A DNA stretch of 64,000 bases, taken from a virus. Taxonomy: Duplodnaviria; Caudoviricetes. Under the pieces are notes generated by a model that saw only the letters and a list, made by a program, of their open reading frames with translations, did no database searches and was not told where the DNA came from. Below are positions 28,801 through 39,700 of the stretch, piece by piece (position 1 is the first letter of the stretch; each line of letters starts with the position of its first letter). The DNA is taken from positions 32,556-96,555 of IMG/VR virus record IMGVR_UViG_3300030330_006692; one strand, given 5' to 3'. A program made the position numbers and the translations under genes.

Positions 28801-30014
28801 GAGCTTCCAGAACATCCGGTGACGCCGCCGAAGCTGCTCGCGAGCGACAAAGTTCGCCATATCCCAAGCTGTCCACTCAAAAAGTCTATATAGGTACTCC
28901 TGCTGAATTTGGAACAGCGCCCCAAGGCTCCCCAGAGAAGCCATATGCAATAGAGCAATATGTTTCAATAAATGGCGAAAAAATGTCTCCCGGCGCAGCA
29001 AAACAAATAATTCAATCTAATAACGGTAGTTTAAGAATATCTGATGTTTATCCCGGTAGCTTAGAGTTAGTATACAACGATCTTGGTGCAGAGGTGGGCA
29101 TTAAAGGAAACATTGGAGTACGCTATGGCTTAGCATTTTACTATGTTGATGGAATGAAAAAACTAATAACATCTGTTGAGGTTGATTCGTTGGATGTTAA
29201 AATTAATCAGTGGAATGTAATGCAGCCAAGCAGTAAGCTTTTGATGTGTTTATTGGACAAGCTTAAAGAAGATGAGAGATATAAGCTTATGACAAGTTAT
29301 ATTTTCCCATTAAAGAAAGTAACTGCTACGTGGGCAATTTACAATGATTTTGGAATTATGTCCTCATTAGGTGAAGTTACTCCTGGTGGCGGCGATGATA
29401 CCATGTGGCTCCCTACAGGCGTTGCCGGCGCAATTCTGGCTGTAGTAGGTATCGATGCTGCTGATATATCAAATCCGAATGATTGGTTAAGCAACACCCC
29501 CTTCTCACAGGTAAAAGTGAAGCCTGGATCTCGTGCATATATCCATCGCGATGTGGTTGAAAAAAGTGTTTCAATGTCACAAGAGCAGAAAAGAATGATC
29601 ATGCCATTCATGGTGCCATGGCATGACGACGATATAGAATATGAAATAGTTAGCTATGATCCAAATAAGAGTGGTGTGACAGGCAATGAAGGCTGGGCTA
29701 ACTACAATGATCGAGGCGATGCACCATTAGCTGGGTGGTGGCGCACGACATGGGATGAGTGGGATCGAGTACTCCTCAGAAACAGCGTGTATAGAATTAA
29801 AAAATTATTTAAAACGTATTATTATTCTCGAGACTTTAAGCCTGGAGATCATCTCTTGGGTGAAAATGAAAGGCCTTCCTTCCTTTTCTTGAAGAACCTT
29901 AAGGCAGCGATGTTCCCTGTTCCTGGAAAGGGAATGCTACCATGGTGGCAGAGAGGCAGATTGCGTCCAAGCCCCTATAATTCAAAGGGAGAAATGTGTA
30001 ATCGTAGAGACTAA
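22869..30014 (+). CDS. large (2381 aa) putative virion/tail protein with hydrophobic segments
   Basis: Uninterrupted ORF between the spike-like and gp25-like genes; no family recognised. Confidence 0.75.
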   Translation: MADSKFLKFQDVDRDGLIDVCDDIITTPEVPCKGPCTPNPAALNPQWRNRDIDEPFLNEKKCFYQVTKVTSHKVIKPNVDDNFDEFKEEAIESLLNFYDKDDSVSSKEKVRNAIIYDRYDLAPKNFSRLKLLYSVPFDTIYDLPPRAPEPEPFEDDEPGTVKVTYNAAQLTTQIIRVRKGLNMYGRLLKVYRSIGEGNAYYKANRTIFNLEDYGDDGIFGSGVMRSMMNDFEAFLDAKNYRLPGQLFGLFSTDDLVTKVKFVFKNYELHSMRLWTVACGSTPIYFSKKRLKPLNAQGPWKDKTAVAYFAQIPQMARALNARVQIPWQDFVEKYTYPKVFFDIKEENTEQSIASCVGDALAEEFKELGQDILDEVFSIGDAVAYLWRKSICRDSINESLSDDYLAGLYPGEGAMDMTKAYAMAQEQAFGKLSKDDNVFVMLCLSVAASSSNLGSVSSLMGTMYKFGFQRIKICGLFDLLQSVIQCLTGGLTLDEALSKMLMSALQSMGIEQFGDLFGGLPEDKQKELGAMVEKQLREGSFFTSQGVIPKPWEMQSVIDKERENMAEDNFEGMTPTPNSQVSAGKYERTLVEQNDRARSGMDDVPVDNIMQAYIKALLEVYSDNLFELLDELNKFPGAQIIASIISTLDCPHPPLLNPSFPDFIKSIIFPFCNGMSEFTLPRLENPLQYFPDFADITQAIWMIAKFIITQIIWRVLMILMVKICELIGSAICKALELGGAIAVALPGAMAGTADLAQVIKDTICGPDADDKQVEDTILDLMSQLGLGSAAFANRDRTMQFGLDLSSSLTTSELTNALLGNPSAEFLEIVDHLIEYEYPEFRDGIPNRNSAARFFNNIGNLIPIDARSQLEDAAARNIWGNPGSGMPSVDEEMLPANPSMCSTPEQIQQFKDLRCQLLEGRASPEQCHEMFCNIRENTLEDLGDLSDILQGGLGNHIAKNMPPLVSEPGCDDGIFPFESPEMTALGSFALAGNLEMLKIDYGKDMMGNGNFWNSDSQWGFMNLMLADTQGFALTSHHAKSSNSKAYVNYATNLPNGGEATSGFFSFFQFSQGFSGQYGQYPYYVGEWMKRQFLNAGMPDDDRTSFTIKPGFYTLTSMGNDLRKSLDDGDYGFKSSNKSTGRNHRYVDFEKLQYNNFFGSLTQGVNLFMVPDFGYNTSLYADQSREQVRVTREIRKGSGISVNGGDGAHSGKSLYSPDDLGCDIVLDFRDNAAGMRYGPKAFDGAGSQYYISTNNGGEPGSGMGYEGGYAGTQWSWGYEVQCYFNDIHEDENGNARNRFDDNMRIELVEKVNYGSDHLGPLGKAMEDEMTAMQPFDLPNWIEAIPIVGWAFESLINLILMPFTKLVIRNIKRLALRWSEEVYRIREFEFLGIDDSLDVFHVEPDPEKMKTYSSPWPTLSDYPHFSTVKTSLPEHSPPVLLLADMIGTTPDAAKVKYDQTMTNMFKKFALEIGDAQNESGGWLYGADYDYLTQDDIRYGVILDNGEWVPYYASGYEEEDMVLGVSWDQYNNPEDPRVIYLNPAIYGGSYSKPNLHIKPLKYKGWMGFVQVFFPESTACKPHSVDLVDFGEIERFIQNHFPNIADDPRLTQDPECIREVPFKRILTRGGKTGLYSLIIAAIRVYASTHLFKAMGTFSKIMPKFPDNFSSIYAAYIVERMEEDFRNAPDGFWGWAQSFKDDEFWYGFLEQSVECYDFLVDAGEIQLPTAGGHLQRAFDAINDLQTEYEFPLRPTYTREYTNKDGEQDKQRVLGLWDAKLAGEAGFFQSLKGYRSDENFEAIQSVEEHAKAILMQLVNFELTKMGDRLVDNMRQYGFNPKIFDLDYYIFQELNSANPDSRRGEIDGSLYFAGPKKVDMIVALPTLENPDPRGEGVSWPGPYYTPGGEFRVAINKDPNNEFSYSDEYVGYYHAHIDEEGDVIYMAGEMHIGADHDVLTPVDNLIAVGTEKYIDERVNIDSEYESSSGASRTSGDAAEAARERQSSPYPKLSTQKVYIGTPAEFGTAPQGSPEKPYAIEQYVSINGEKMSPGAAKQIIQSNNGSLRISDVYPGSLELVYNDLGAEVGIKGNIGVRYGLAFYYVDGMKKLITSVEVDSLDVKINQWNVMQPSSKLLMCLLDKLKEDERYKLMTSYIFPLKKVTATWAIYNDFGIMSSLGEVTPGGGDDTMWLPTGVAGAILAVVGIDAADISNPNDWLSNTPFSQVKVKPGSRAYIHRDVVEKSVSMSQEQKRMIMPFMVPWHDDDIEYEIVSYDPNKSGVTGNEGWANYNDRGDAPLAGWWRTTWDEWDRVLLRNSVYRIKKLFKTYYYSRDFKPGDHLLGENERPSFLFLKNLKAAMFPVPGKGMLPWWQRGRLRPSPYNSKGEMCNRRD

Positions 30015-30065
30015 GATTCTTGGAGCGTAAAAAAACAATGATTCTACTTATTAATAGGAGAAAAC

Positions 30066-30434
30066 ATGTCCTCTTTATCAGTTAAGCTACCAATAACAAG
30101 AGATTCTGCTGATGGGTTTACAATGATTAAGGATTTTAAAACGCTTATACGTCAAAATCTTAAAATGCTTGTTTTAACCGCCCCCGGTGAAAGAATAATG
30201 GAACCAACATTTGGTGTGGGTGCCCGGCAATATCTGTTTGAAAATTTTAATGATACAATATATGAAGAAATCTCCGCCAACATTCGTTCCCAAGCTAGAA
30301 GGTTTATTCCAGCCATTGGCATCCGGCAAATTAACTTTAATAATAATGAAGTAAATCCTAATCTTTTAGGAATTAGTATAGTCTACACTATACCCGATAT
30401 CGGTGTGACAGATTTGTTGGAATTTACTATTTAA
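30066..30434 (+). CDS. baseplate wedge protein, T4 gp25/GPW family
   Basis: Motif IRQNLKMLVLTAPGERIMEPTFGVG..YLFE. Confidence 0.92.
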   Translation: MSSLSVKLPITRDSADGFTMIKDFKTLIRQNLKMLVLTAPGERIMEPTFGVGARQYLFENFNDTIYEEISANIRSQARRFIPAIGIRQINFNNNEVNPNLLGISIVYTIPDIGVTDLLEFTI

Positions 30435-30446
30435 AAAGAGAATTTT

Positions 30447-32243
30447 ATGGCAAATGAACAGAAAAAAATATTACCGATTGATTATACTAGTAGAGATTTT
30501 GAATCAATCCGGAGCGATTTATTAGAAATTGCTGAAAGACTTTACCCTGACTCTTTTCAAGACTTCAGTGAAGCGTCTTTTGGCTCTCTTGTAATAGATG
30601 CTGTTTCTTATATCGGTGATCAACTCTCGTTTTATTTGGACTATAACGTAAATGAATCTTTTTTAGACACAGCATATCAATTTAATAATATTTTACGTCA
30701 TGGAAGAGTCCTCGGTTACAAATATACCGGCCGTCCCAGTACCTACGGAAAAGCCGCATTGTTTGTTTTGGTACCAGCGTCTCAAACCGGCTTGGGCCCA
30801 GATAATAAATATATACCGGAGCTTAAACGCGGAGCACAATTCACAAGCACAACAGGGCTTAATTTTTCTTTGTCAGAAAACATAGATTTTGCAGATCCAA
30901 AAAATCCCGTTGTGGTAGCTAAAGTCGATAACGTAACTGGTGCGCCAACACATTACGCCATAAAAGCGTATGGCACGGTAGTTTCAGGCATTTTAACCAC
31001 AGAAAGAGTCGCTGTGGGTTCATATGAGAAATTTAAAAAGGTAACATTAAGAACCCCTAATGTAGCAGATATAATTTCTGTACATGATACAGATGGAAAC
31101 GAATATTTTGAAGTAGATTATTTGGCTCAAGATATGGTTTTTAAAGAGGTTTCTAATAAAAACTTTAAAAATGATAATGTGCCCTCTATCTTAAAGCCAT
31201 TTTTGGTGGCTAGAAAATTTGTTGCGTTAAGAAACGGGAGTACAACAGTTTTACAATTTGGGAGCGGTAAATTTGGTGAAAGTGATGTAGTTGCAAACCC
31301 GCAAACAGTAGCAATGAATAGCTGGGGAAAGACATATACAACATCACTCACTTTTGATCCCACCAAATTATCAACTAATCAGAGTTTAGGGATTGTTCCA
31401 CAAAATACAACGCTAATTGTTACAGTGAGAACCACTAACCCAACAAATTCCAACTTAGCAGCAGGACAATTAAATACGGTAGCATTCTCAGAACTTCAAT
31501 TTTCTGATAGAACCGTATTAACAAATGACAAAATAATCTCCGTTCAAAATTCCATAGAAGTATCAAACGAAGAACCAATTACTGGAGATGTAACAAATCC
31601 AAATTCTGCAGAAATTAAACAAAGAATTTTCGATACCTTTCCGACACAAAATAGAGCAGTAACTCAAGCAGATTATGAAAATGTAACATATAGAATGCCG
31701 GCAAAATTTGGCTCCGTGAAACGCTGCTCAGCTCAAAGAGATCCCGATTCTCAAAAAAGAAACTTAAATATGTACGTTTTGTCCGAAGATTCTTTTGGAA
31801 AATTGATTAAAACAAATTCAACTATTAAGAATAATTTAAAAAAATGGTTAAATGAATATAAAATGATCAATGACACTATTGATATTTTGGATCCATTTAT
31901 TATAAATGTTGGAATTAATTTTTCTATAAAAACAATCAATGGCGCAAATAAATTTGATACGTTAAATCAGTGTGTCGCTAAGCTAAGCAATTTTTACAGG
32001 AATGGGTTTTTTATTGGAGAGCAGCTTAGTGTTGGGGACATATACCAAGAATTAAAAAATGTTAGTGGAGTTTTGGATGTGATCAATGTTCACATTGTTG
32101 GAAAAACAGGCGCCAATTATTCAGCATCTAGTATCGATATCAATAAAAATCTTTCTCCAGACGGTGGTAGTCTTATTTGTCCAAAAAACGCAATTTTTGA
32201 AATTAAATTTCCGTCACAAGATATACAAGGAAAAGTTAAGTAA
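30447..32243 (+). CDS. baseplate wedge protein, T4 gp6/baseplate J-like
   Basis: Motifs IDYTSRDFESIR, FQDFSEASFG, LSFYLDY..NESFLDTA, LQFGSG and QNRAVTQADYE. Confidence 0.92.
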   Translation: MANEQKKILPIDYTSRDFESIRSDLLEIAERLYPDSFQDFSEASFGSLVIDAVSYIGDQLSFYLDYNVNESFLDTAYQFNNILRHGRVLGYKYTGRPSTYGKAALFVLVPASQTGLGPDNKYIPELKRGAQFTSTTGLNFSLSENIDFADPKNPVVVAKVDNVTGAPTHYAIKAYGTVVSGILTTERVAVGSYEKFKKVTLRTPNVADIISVHDTDGNEYFEVDYLAQDMVFKEVSNKNFKNDNVPSILKPFLVARKFVALRNGSTTVLQFGSGKFGESDVVANPQTVAMNSWGKTYTTSLTFDPTKLSTNQSLGIVPQNTTLIVTVRTTNPTNSNLAAGQLNTVAFSELQFSDRTVLTNDKIISVQNSIEVSNEEPITGDVTNPNSAEIKQRIFDTFPTQNRAVTQADYENVTYRMPAKFGSVKRCSAQRDPDSQKRNLNMYVLSEDSFGKLIKTNSTIKNNLKKWLNEYKMINDTIDILDPFIINVGINFSIKTINGANKFDTLNQCVAKLSNFYRNGFFIGEQLSVGDIYQELKNVSGVLDVINVHIVGKTGANYSASSIDINKNLSPDGGSLICPKNAIFEIKFPSQDIQGKVK

Positions 32244-33787
32244 TGTCAATTAAAAGATATGTAGCCGACTTAGACAATACTATAGTTAATGCATTTCAGC
32301 CAAACATGAGCACCCGCGGCACAGGCTCAAATAGCGGACAAGCAGATATAGTTGAAGTTTATTCTGTTTTTGCTAGACAGCAGAACAGCAGCTCCGCGAC
32401 AACTGGATCTCAAGAATTATCTCGTGTTTTGATGCGATTCCCAGTTAGTAACATATCAAACGATCGATCAAACAGTAAGATTCCGGCTAGTGGTAGTGTG
32501 AGTTTTTACTTGCGATTATACGATGCAAAGACATCGAAAACCGTTCCAAAAAACTACTCACTTGTGGTTCAGGCTATATCTAGATCATGGGAAGAGGGTG
32601 ATGGATTAGATTTAGAAAACTATCAAGATTTAACAAGAGGCGGCTCTGGATCAAATTGGGTTATGGCTAGCAAAAATCAAGCTTGGAGTAGTGTGGGTGG
32701 TGATTATCATTCTGCGCCAACGTTTAAGCAATACTTTAGTGGTGGTTTGGGTGATTTAGAGGTTGATATAACTCCATTAGTAGAGCAGTGGATAGCCGAA
32801 ACTAAGGATAATTACGGCTTAGGCATCCGCCTCACCGCGAGCAATGAAGCTTACTTCTCCAGTTCTGCTGGGACAGATTCGGGCAGTGTTATTCAAAATC
32901 CGGATGGCGCCAAAACTTCCTACTACACTAAAAGATTTTTTGCACGCGGCACTCAGTATTATTTTAAACGTCCCGTTATTGAAGCTAGATGGGATTCAGT
33001 AACTAAAGACGACAGAGGATCCTTTTTCTTCAGCAGTTCTTTGGCTAGCTCAACGGAAAATTTAAATAAACTCTATCTTTATAATTATGTGAGAGGTAGA
33101 TTAAGAAACATTCCAGCAATTGGAACCGGCTCGATATATGTTAGCTTGTATTCCGGCTCCTCCGACAATACAGAACCAAGTGGATCCAAGCTGGTTCTGT
33201 ACGACGGTAAAACTGCACTAACAGGAGGCTATTCGGAAACTGGAATTTATACGTGTTCTGTTGCTGTGACAAAATCAACATCCGTGACATTAAATACGCT
33301 TTATGATGTGTGGCATGATAATTCTGGTAATGAATTTTTTACCGGCTCAATAAAGCCATACTTGTTGCGCGCCTCGAACCAGAGCAGAGAGCCTACATAT
33401 TACCTTTCAATTACAAACTTACAGAATTCATATATGAGAGATCAGAATGCACGCCTTAATTTATATGTGCGAGAAAAAAATTGGAGCCCAACAATCTACA
33501 CTAAAGCAGTGGATAGTGCTCCAAACTTAACTATTTATAGTGCCTCTTTCCGAGTCATTAGGACTATCGATGGATTAGAGGCTATATCTTTTTATACAGG
33601 CTCAAGTGATAAAAACGCCACAGGATTGTCGTATGATGTCTCTGGTAATTATTTCGATTTAGACATGAGCCTGCTACAGCCAGGATATGAGTACGCACTT
33701 AAATTTGCATTTTATGATGATGAACTAAAAAGCTGGCAAGAGCAGAATGAACAATTTAAGTTTCGAGTAGAAGATTATGAGCATTAA
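32243..33787 (+). CDS. structural protein with a DNRLRE/CBM96-like beta-sandwich domain
   Basis: Motifs DNTI, SRVLMRF, YLRLY, SWEEG, DLEVDITPLVEQWI..NYGLGIRL and RPVIEARW. Confidence 0.7.
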   Translation: MSIKRYVADLDNTIVNAFQPNMSTRGTGSNSGQADIVEVYSVFARQQNSSSATTGSQELSRVLMRFPVSNISNDRSNSKIPASGSVSFYLRLYDAKTSKTVPKNYSLVVQAISRSWEEGDGLDLENYQDLTRGGSGSNWVMASKNQAWSSVGGDYHSAPTFKQYFSGGLGDLEVDITPLVEQWIAETKDNYGLGIRLTASNEAYFSSSAGTDSGSVIQNPDGAKTSYYTKRFFARGTQYYFKRPVIEARWDSVTKDDRGSFFFSSSLASSTENLNKLYLYNYVRGRLRNIPAIGTGSIYVSLYSGSSDNTEPSGSKLVLYDGKTALTGGYSETGIYTCSVAVTKSTSVTLNTLYDVWHDNSGNEFFTGSIKPYLLRASNQSREPTYYLSITNLQNSYMRDQNARLNLYVREKNWSPTIYTKAVDSAPNLTIYSASFRVIRTIDGLEAISFYTGSSDKNATGLSYDVSGNYFDLDMSLLQPGYEYALKFAFYDDELKSWQEQNEQFKFRVEDYEH

Positions 33788-36700
33788 AAAATTATTTGAA
33801 GACGCAAATAAAACAAACACTTATTTAGCCCAAACAAACGAAAAGGATGCTTTCGAGCCAATCGAGTCTGAAAGAAATCTGAAGCAAAAAAAGATTTCCC
33901 AAGAACGGTATGTTCCTCAGATAGATTATTCGAATCCAGAAAACTTTGTTAAATACGGATCGGCAAGATTGTATTATGAGTCTGCATTCAATAGAATTTT
34001 GGATTATTATCCATATGATGGCTCTGAAGCTGAAATAACCAAGTTTCACAACGACAATCTTGATATAGAAGAGTACATTTTAGAAAAAAAATATCCTAAA
34101 AGCAATGGATATATTATTCTAGCAAAAGACGGCTACAGCGTTAGCTCTAAGCAAGATGACTATGGGATCCCTACAACTAACGAATATATTGACTTAAAAG
34201 GCGGCCCGGGAACAGGCTCTGCTAATTCTACATTACTTAAAGACTTGCTGCCAAATCCTTATACGGACAGCCGCAAAGAATCAAACTTATACAGCACTGA
34301 CATCTATTCAAATTCAGGGTTACCATCCGATTATGGAAAGGGCAGTAGAGAGTCTAATTTACGTGCTAATTTTGACGATGGTGTTACTGTTGAGTTTTGG
34401 ATGAAAACCGGCTCTATTGAAAGGCGTGGTGGCAAAACAGGTAGGCAAGTAATTTTCGATAGTTGGAATAATGAATCGGAGCATTCTAACAAATACTCTA
34501 GGCTCACAATCGAACTTACAGGGACTACAACTTCTGACGGCGGGGTAAATAAACGTCCATTTATAGTTACAATTCAGTCTGGTGCCAATCAACCTCGCTC
34601 TGTAGACACAATGCAATTGCTTGGTGCTGCTTCACTTCAAGAGAATATGGGAGATTGGAACCATTATGCGCTCAGACTCTACAATACTGGCTCTAAAAAC
34701 AAAACTCTTAAAACTGAACTCTATGTTAACGGTAGGCGCTCTGATAGCTCTTCTTTTGCTTGTTATAGCTTGACTTCTAGCTTGGGATTGGAGCTAACGC
34801 AACGTAACCTTACTAAGCCCGATTGGTTTTTAAATAATACTAAATATAGATACTCATCAGCAGATACCCTCCAAGGCTGGTGGAGATTAAACAGCAGCAC
34901 CATTACAACGGATTCACCCGAGCCCGACTCTAGTGGGAACAATCGTACTGGCTCAATATCTGCAGCTGCAGAAGCCCCCGCAACCTCCGATCTTACTCCG
35001 AGTAGATATATACAAAATGGCTCAAACACCTTTGGTGCCGATGCTGCAGATGGGATTAATATCGGCTCGAATCCTACTTGGGACGCAATTATAGGTAATG
35101 CCGCCGGCTCAACTAGAAAAATGACACTTGCCGCTTGGGTATATAAAACTGGTGACGGTGGCGGAAGCCCGGGATTCGGGCGAATAATGGATTTTGGTTA
35201 TGGTGATATCTCGTTATTCTCGGATCCGCTCGATCGAGTGAGATTTAGCGTCAAATGGGACGCTTCCTCGGTTGTTTGGATTACAGGTGGGAACGAACTA
35301 CCCTTCAACGAGTGGCATCATGTTGCAGTGACTTACGATGCAAACGATCCTAACGCTGATCCTAAGATATATGTAGATGGAGTATTAGAATCTTCCTCGT
35401 TGTTCTCTGGCACAAAGGGTGGCACTTACAGCGGTATTGCCGGCGGCACCTCAAGATGTATGATTGGAAATCGATACTCCGACTCCACCGGCGCTGATCG
35501 AAATTGGGAAGGAAACCTAGCTGACGTAGCGGTTTGGAATTCTATATTATCAGAGGATGAAATTAAATCACTCTATGCAGCTGGATCTTACTATCAGCCA
35601 TTTGATGGCATAACGGAATTAAATTCTAAAAACATGGTGGCAAGAATCGGCGCCTTGGTTACTTCTCCAAATAGCTCTTCCGCTCCTGCAGGCGCAGGTA
35701 GATTAACGGGCTCTCTTGATGAGTTTAGATATTGGAAAGCTGCCAGAAATGAAAAGCAAATTGGGCAATATTGGTTCGATCAAGTTAGGGGCGGCGCAAA
35801 TTCAGACATTTCTAATGCTGATCTAGGTGTTTATTATAAATTTAACGAAGGAATTACAAATAATTCATCAATTGATAGTGTGGTTTTAGATTATGCTGGC
35901 CGAGCTACAAATGGTACGTGGACAGGATATTCATCCGGCGCAAGGAACACGGGATCTGCAATTCTATCTGCTAGCACTAATGCACGCAGCGCACTTAATA
36001 ACGGAAACAACTGGCCAACTAAAGAGTTCAAAGATCCAGTAGTCCGTGCGAGTCATCCGGACGTCGTTAGCCTTAAAAGTGAATTAATTACATCTGGTAC
36101 ATCATATGATTATAATAACAATGCATCGCTATTTTCTTTAATGCCCGGCTGGGTACAGGACGAAGTAGCAGATTCAGAAAATTCTGATTTATATTATATT
36201 ACTCATATTGGCGCAACATACCTAGACAAATTGCACCTTCAAATATCCCAACTGCCTAATTTGAGACATTTAAACTATGTTAGTTCGTCCAATAAACCGC
36301 TACCCTTCTCCAAACACTTGCCCCAGTCATTAGGGTTGTATTCTCCAGAGTTGTTTATTGATGCAGATATTTTGGAAAATTTTGCTGATAGAGGCTCAGA
36401 GCAGATTTTTCAAGATAAATTGCAAGAAACAAAAAATCAAATTTATCAAAATTTATACAATAATATGGCGCACATTTTCAAGAGCAAAGGGACAGAAAGA
36501 TCTCTTCGAAGCTTGTTGAGATGCTTAAATATAGATAATGGCTTATATCGAATAAATGTTAATTCAAATAACGAGAAATACACTTTAACCAATAATTTGA
36601 AACAAACTTTAATGAAGAAAAAGTTTTTGAATTTCAATTCGCCGGAAAATGTTGGAGGTGTGATTTATCAGAAAGAAGAATCGTCATCGCCAACCAACCT

Positions 36701-39700
36701 TTACAGGGGTTACATCAAAACAAATAGCACTGTTTTGGATGATCAAGTTGTAAAAAAATCACTTTATCACGGCTTTACGTGCGAATCTAATATAGTTTTC
36801 CCTTCATATGTGAGTTCGCCAAACATACCCTCCTTTGAAAGAGACTCTTCTTACAATAGAATAAGCTTGTTCGGTATAGAGCAAGTTAATAAAGATGTAA
36901 CAGATTCTCTTGATGGTACAATCACACACTACATTGAAGATAGAAACGCTACCTTTAGAGTGTACGCGGTTAGAGATGGAGTTGGCTCCAAGAATGCCTA
37001 CTTCCACTTGACTTCTTCTCGCACTGATGGGAATGGAATAAGTCTTTCAAGTTCTGTTTTCTTGGACGTATATGACAATGAACCGTGGAATTTGTCAATT
37101 AGAGTGAAACCTATTCGGAAATACCGCGCCGGCGTGATACCTGCGGGCACCGCAACAGTGCGCTATAAAGTTGTATTTTCTGGATATAATCCAAAAACAC
37201 CTGATGATATCGATAGCTTCGTGGTATCTCAAAGTGTTAGTCAAACAATTGGTGAGCAATATATAACTGGTTCTCGCCGAGTGTTTGTTGGAGCCGATCG
37301 AAATGATTTAACGGGAACTTTGAATTATAAGAGTGATGTGTTGGTATCTTCAGTTGCATACTGGTCTAAATACATGCTTGATGATGATCTAAAACAGCAT
37401 GCGTTAGATTTTGAAAACATTGGTGTTTCTGATAGAGATAGAACATTGTCACCTTTTGATAGCGGCTCTGTTGACATTACAAATAAAAATGCCTTAGTTT
37501 TAAATTGGAATTTTGAAAATGTAACAACGTCGGATGCAACCGGAAGCTTCTACACGGTAGACTACTCCTCGGGATCGTCGGATTTGGCGATGATGGCATC
37601 ACCCGGATATGTAAAGAATAAGGGATGGAATGGATATTTATCAGGCTTTTTGTATAGCGGATACGGTAAGGGGTTTGCGAATTCCTCAACAGAGGTAGTT
37701 AAAGAAAGAGAAATAAACACATACAAATTCATTAATCCAGAACATGTAGTATCATCAAATATGGTACAGACGTTTTCAGATGAAGATCTATTGTTTTCAA
37801 ATCTTAGAAAAGATGAAATCGTTCCTAATTACGTATTTTCGATTGAAAAAAGTATCTACAATGCAGTCAGCGAACAAATGCTTGATTTTTTTGCCGGCGC
37901 AATAGACTTTCATAATTTAATTGGACACCCAGTTCACACTTACCGCCACCGATATAAAGAAATTGATAAATTAAGACAGCTGTTCTTTGAACGTGTCCAA
38001 GAAGTTAAACAAACCGAAAAGTTTTTAAATTATTATAAATGGTTTGATAAAGCCATATCAACTATCTTAAGTCAATTTATACCAGCATCAGCAGAATTTG
38101 TTGATAATATGTTAAATGTGGTAGAAAGTCATGTTTTAGAAAGGAATAAGTATCAAAATAGGCTCAACATCATAGATTCAAATACATTCTGGAGAGACTT
38201 TTCTTCCGGCATCTCATCGATGCGTTTTGCTGGGCAAACTATTCCATGGGAAGGCGGCGCCAGCGCCACATCCTTGACTTCGCCACCTGAGTCACCAAGA
38301 AATACAAATATTGGTATAAAGTATTGGCAAACAAGAGCAGAAAGATCGGGAGATGATATAACATCTGGAGTCGCTGCTATAGATGCTCAGCGAGAAATAT
38401 ATCGTAAGGTTATATGGTCTAAACCTCACGGTTCTTCTTCGCTAGATAAATTGTTTACTGTAAATGGGACTCAGTACAATAAAACTGAATTTTTAAGAAA
38501 CAATTCTAGCATGACTCCAGATATTCGAGCCTATGTTGATAAGGCTAGTGACGCAATATACAAGTGGCAAATACCAGAAAAAGATAAAACAGAAATACAC
38601 GGCGGGGTTAATTTTAGTAGAAATAAAAGTCTTGAATACGCGTACGCGTCGGTATTACCAGGAGGGCCAGTTAGTCTTTCTGGATCTGGATTTGTTCCTT
38701 TAAATGTTTTAGTTGGACTCGTTAGAGATTCAACTGAATTAACAAAGTACACAAATGTAGAATGGGACTCGGATTTTATTAGGACTCGCGAACAGGTATT
38801 TAAAGTTCAAAATGCCAGACATTGGGAAAACGGAATTGGCTATAAAAATACTAAATCAACTTTTGCCTTTCCATTCAACGTTTTAAGTTCTAGTGTAGAA
38901 GTACGAACCGGTTACAATAAAGATGTTATCGAGCGTGTTGGAAGAAATTTAACAATAACAAACTTACACAACGATGCATATGGCAGCATGATGGAAATAC
39001 CGATGCAAGGGCCTTTCACAGAAGAGGTTGTCGGTGGGCATCAATCAAGACACATATCATTGAATGAAGGTACAGATACACAAAGAAATCGCGCCGAAGC
39101 ATGGAGAATTCTTCTTGGAACGTGTACGGTTGTTCCTTCTGGTGCTATTGGATTAGTCGGTCCAGATTATCCACCGCCTACCTTTAATCCAAAACCCGGG
39201 CGCCCTTTCAACAGAATATATCCTTACCCGATGCACGAAAAGGCATATCTATACAGAGACTTTATCGCAAAGCGTCCAGTTAACATAAAAAACATAAACA
39301 CAAAGAATTCAACAAATACAAAAACACTCCCTGGAAACTTTGCTCACAATTATGAAGTAATCAGTTCATTTGGGGCTTTCAATAATCCTCGTGCATTTGT
39401 AGAAAAACAACCAACATTGCCGGCACAGGTATCATTGACAAGTGACACTACAAATGTTAGAACTATTCTAAATAATCACCGCCGCGAACAAAACCATTTC
39501 GAAACAATTGGAGAATACAGCACATCATACTTGACAGGAACCACAAACAAGTCTATTGTGGTGACAAGATTTGCAGCCCCGGGCGGTATAGAAGTTGAGA
39601 CAAGAGGATATCAAGATTTTAAATCCTCCGAATATAGTCCCTATAACTCTTTAGCATATCGTAACTTAACCGTTAAAAAGCCCTCACAAGGACCTTCCGG

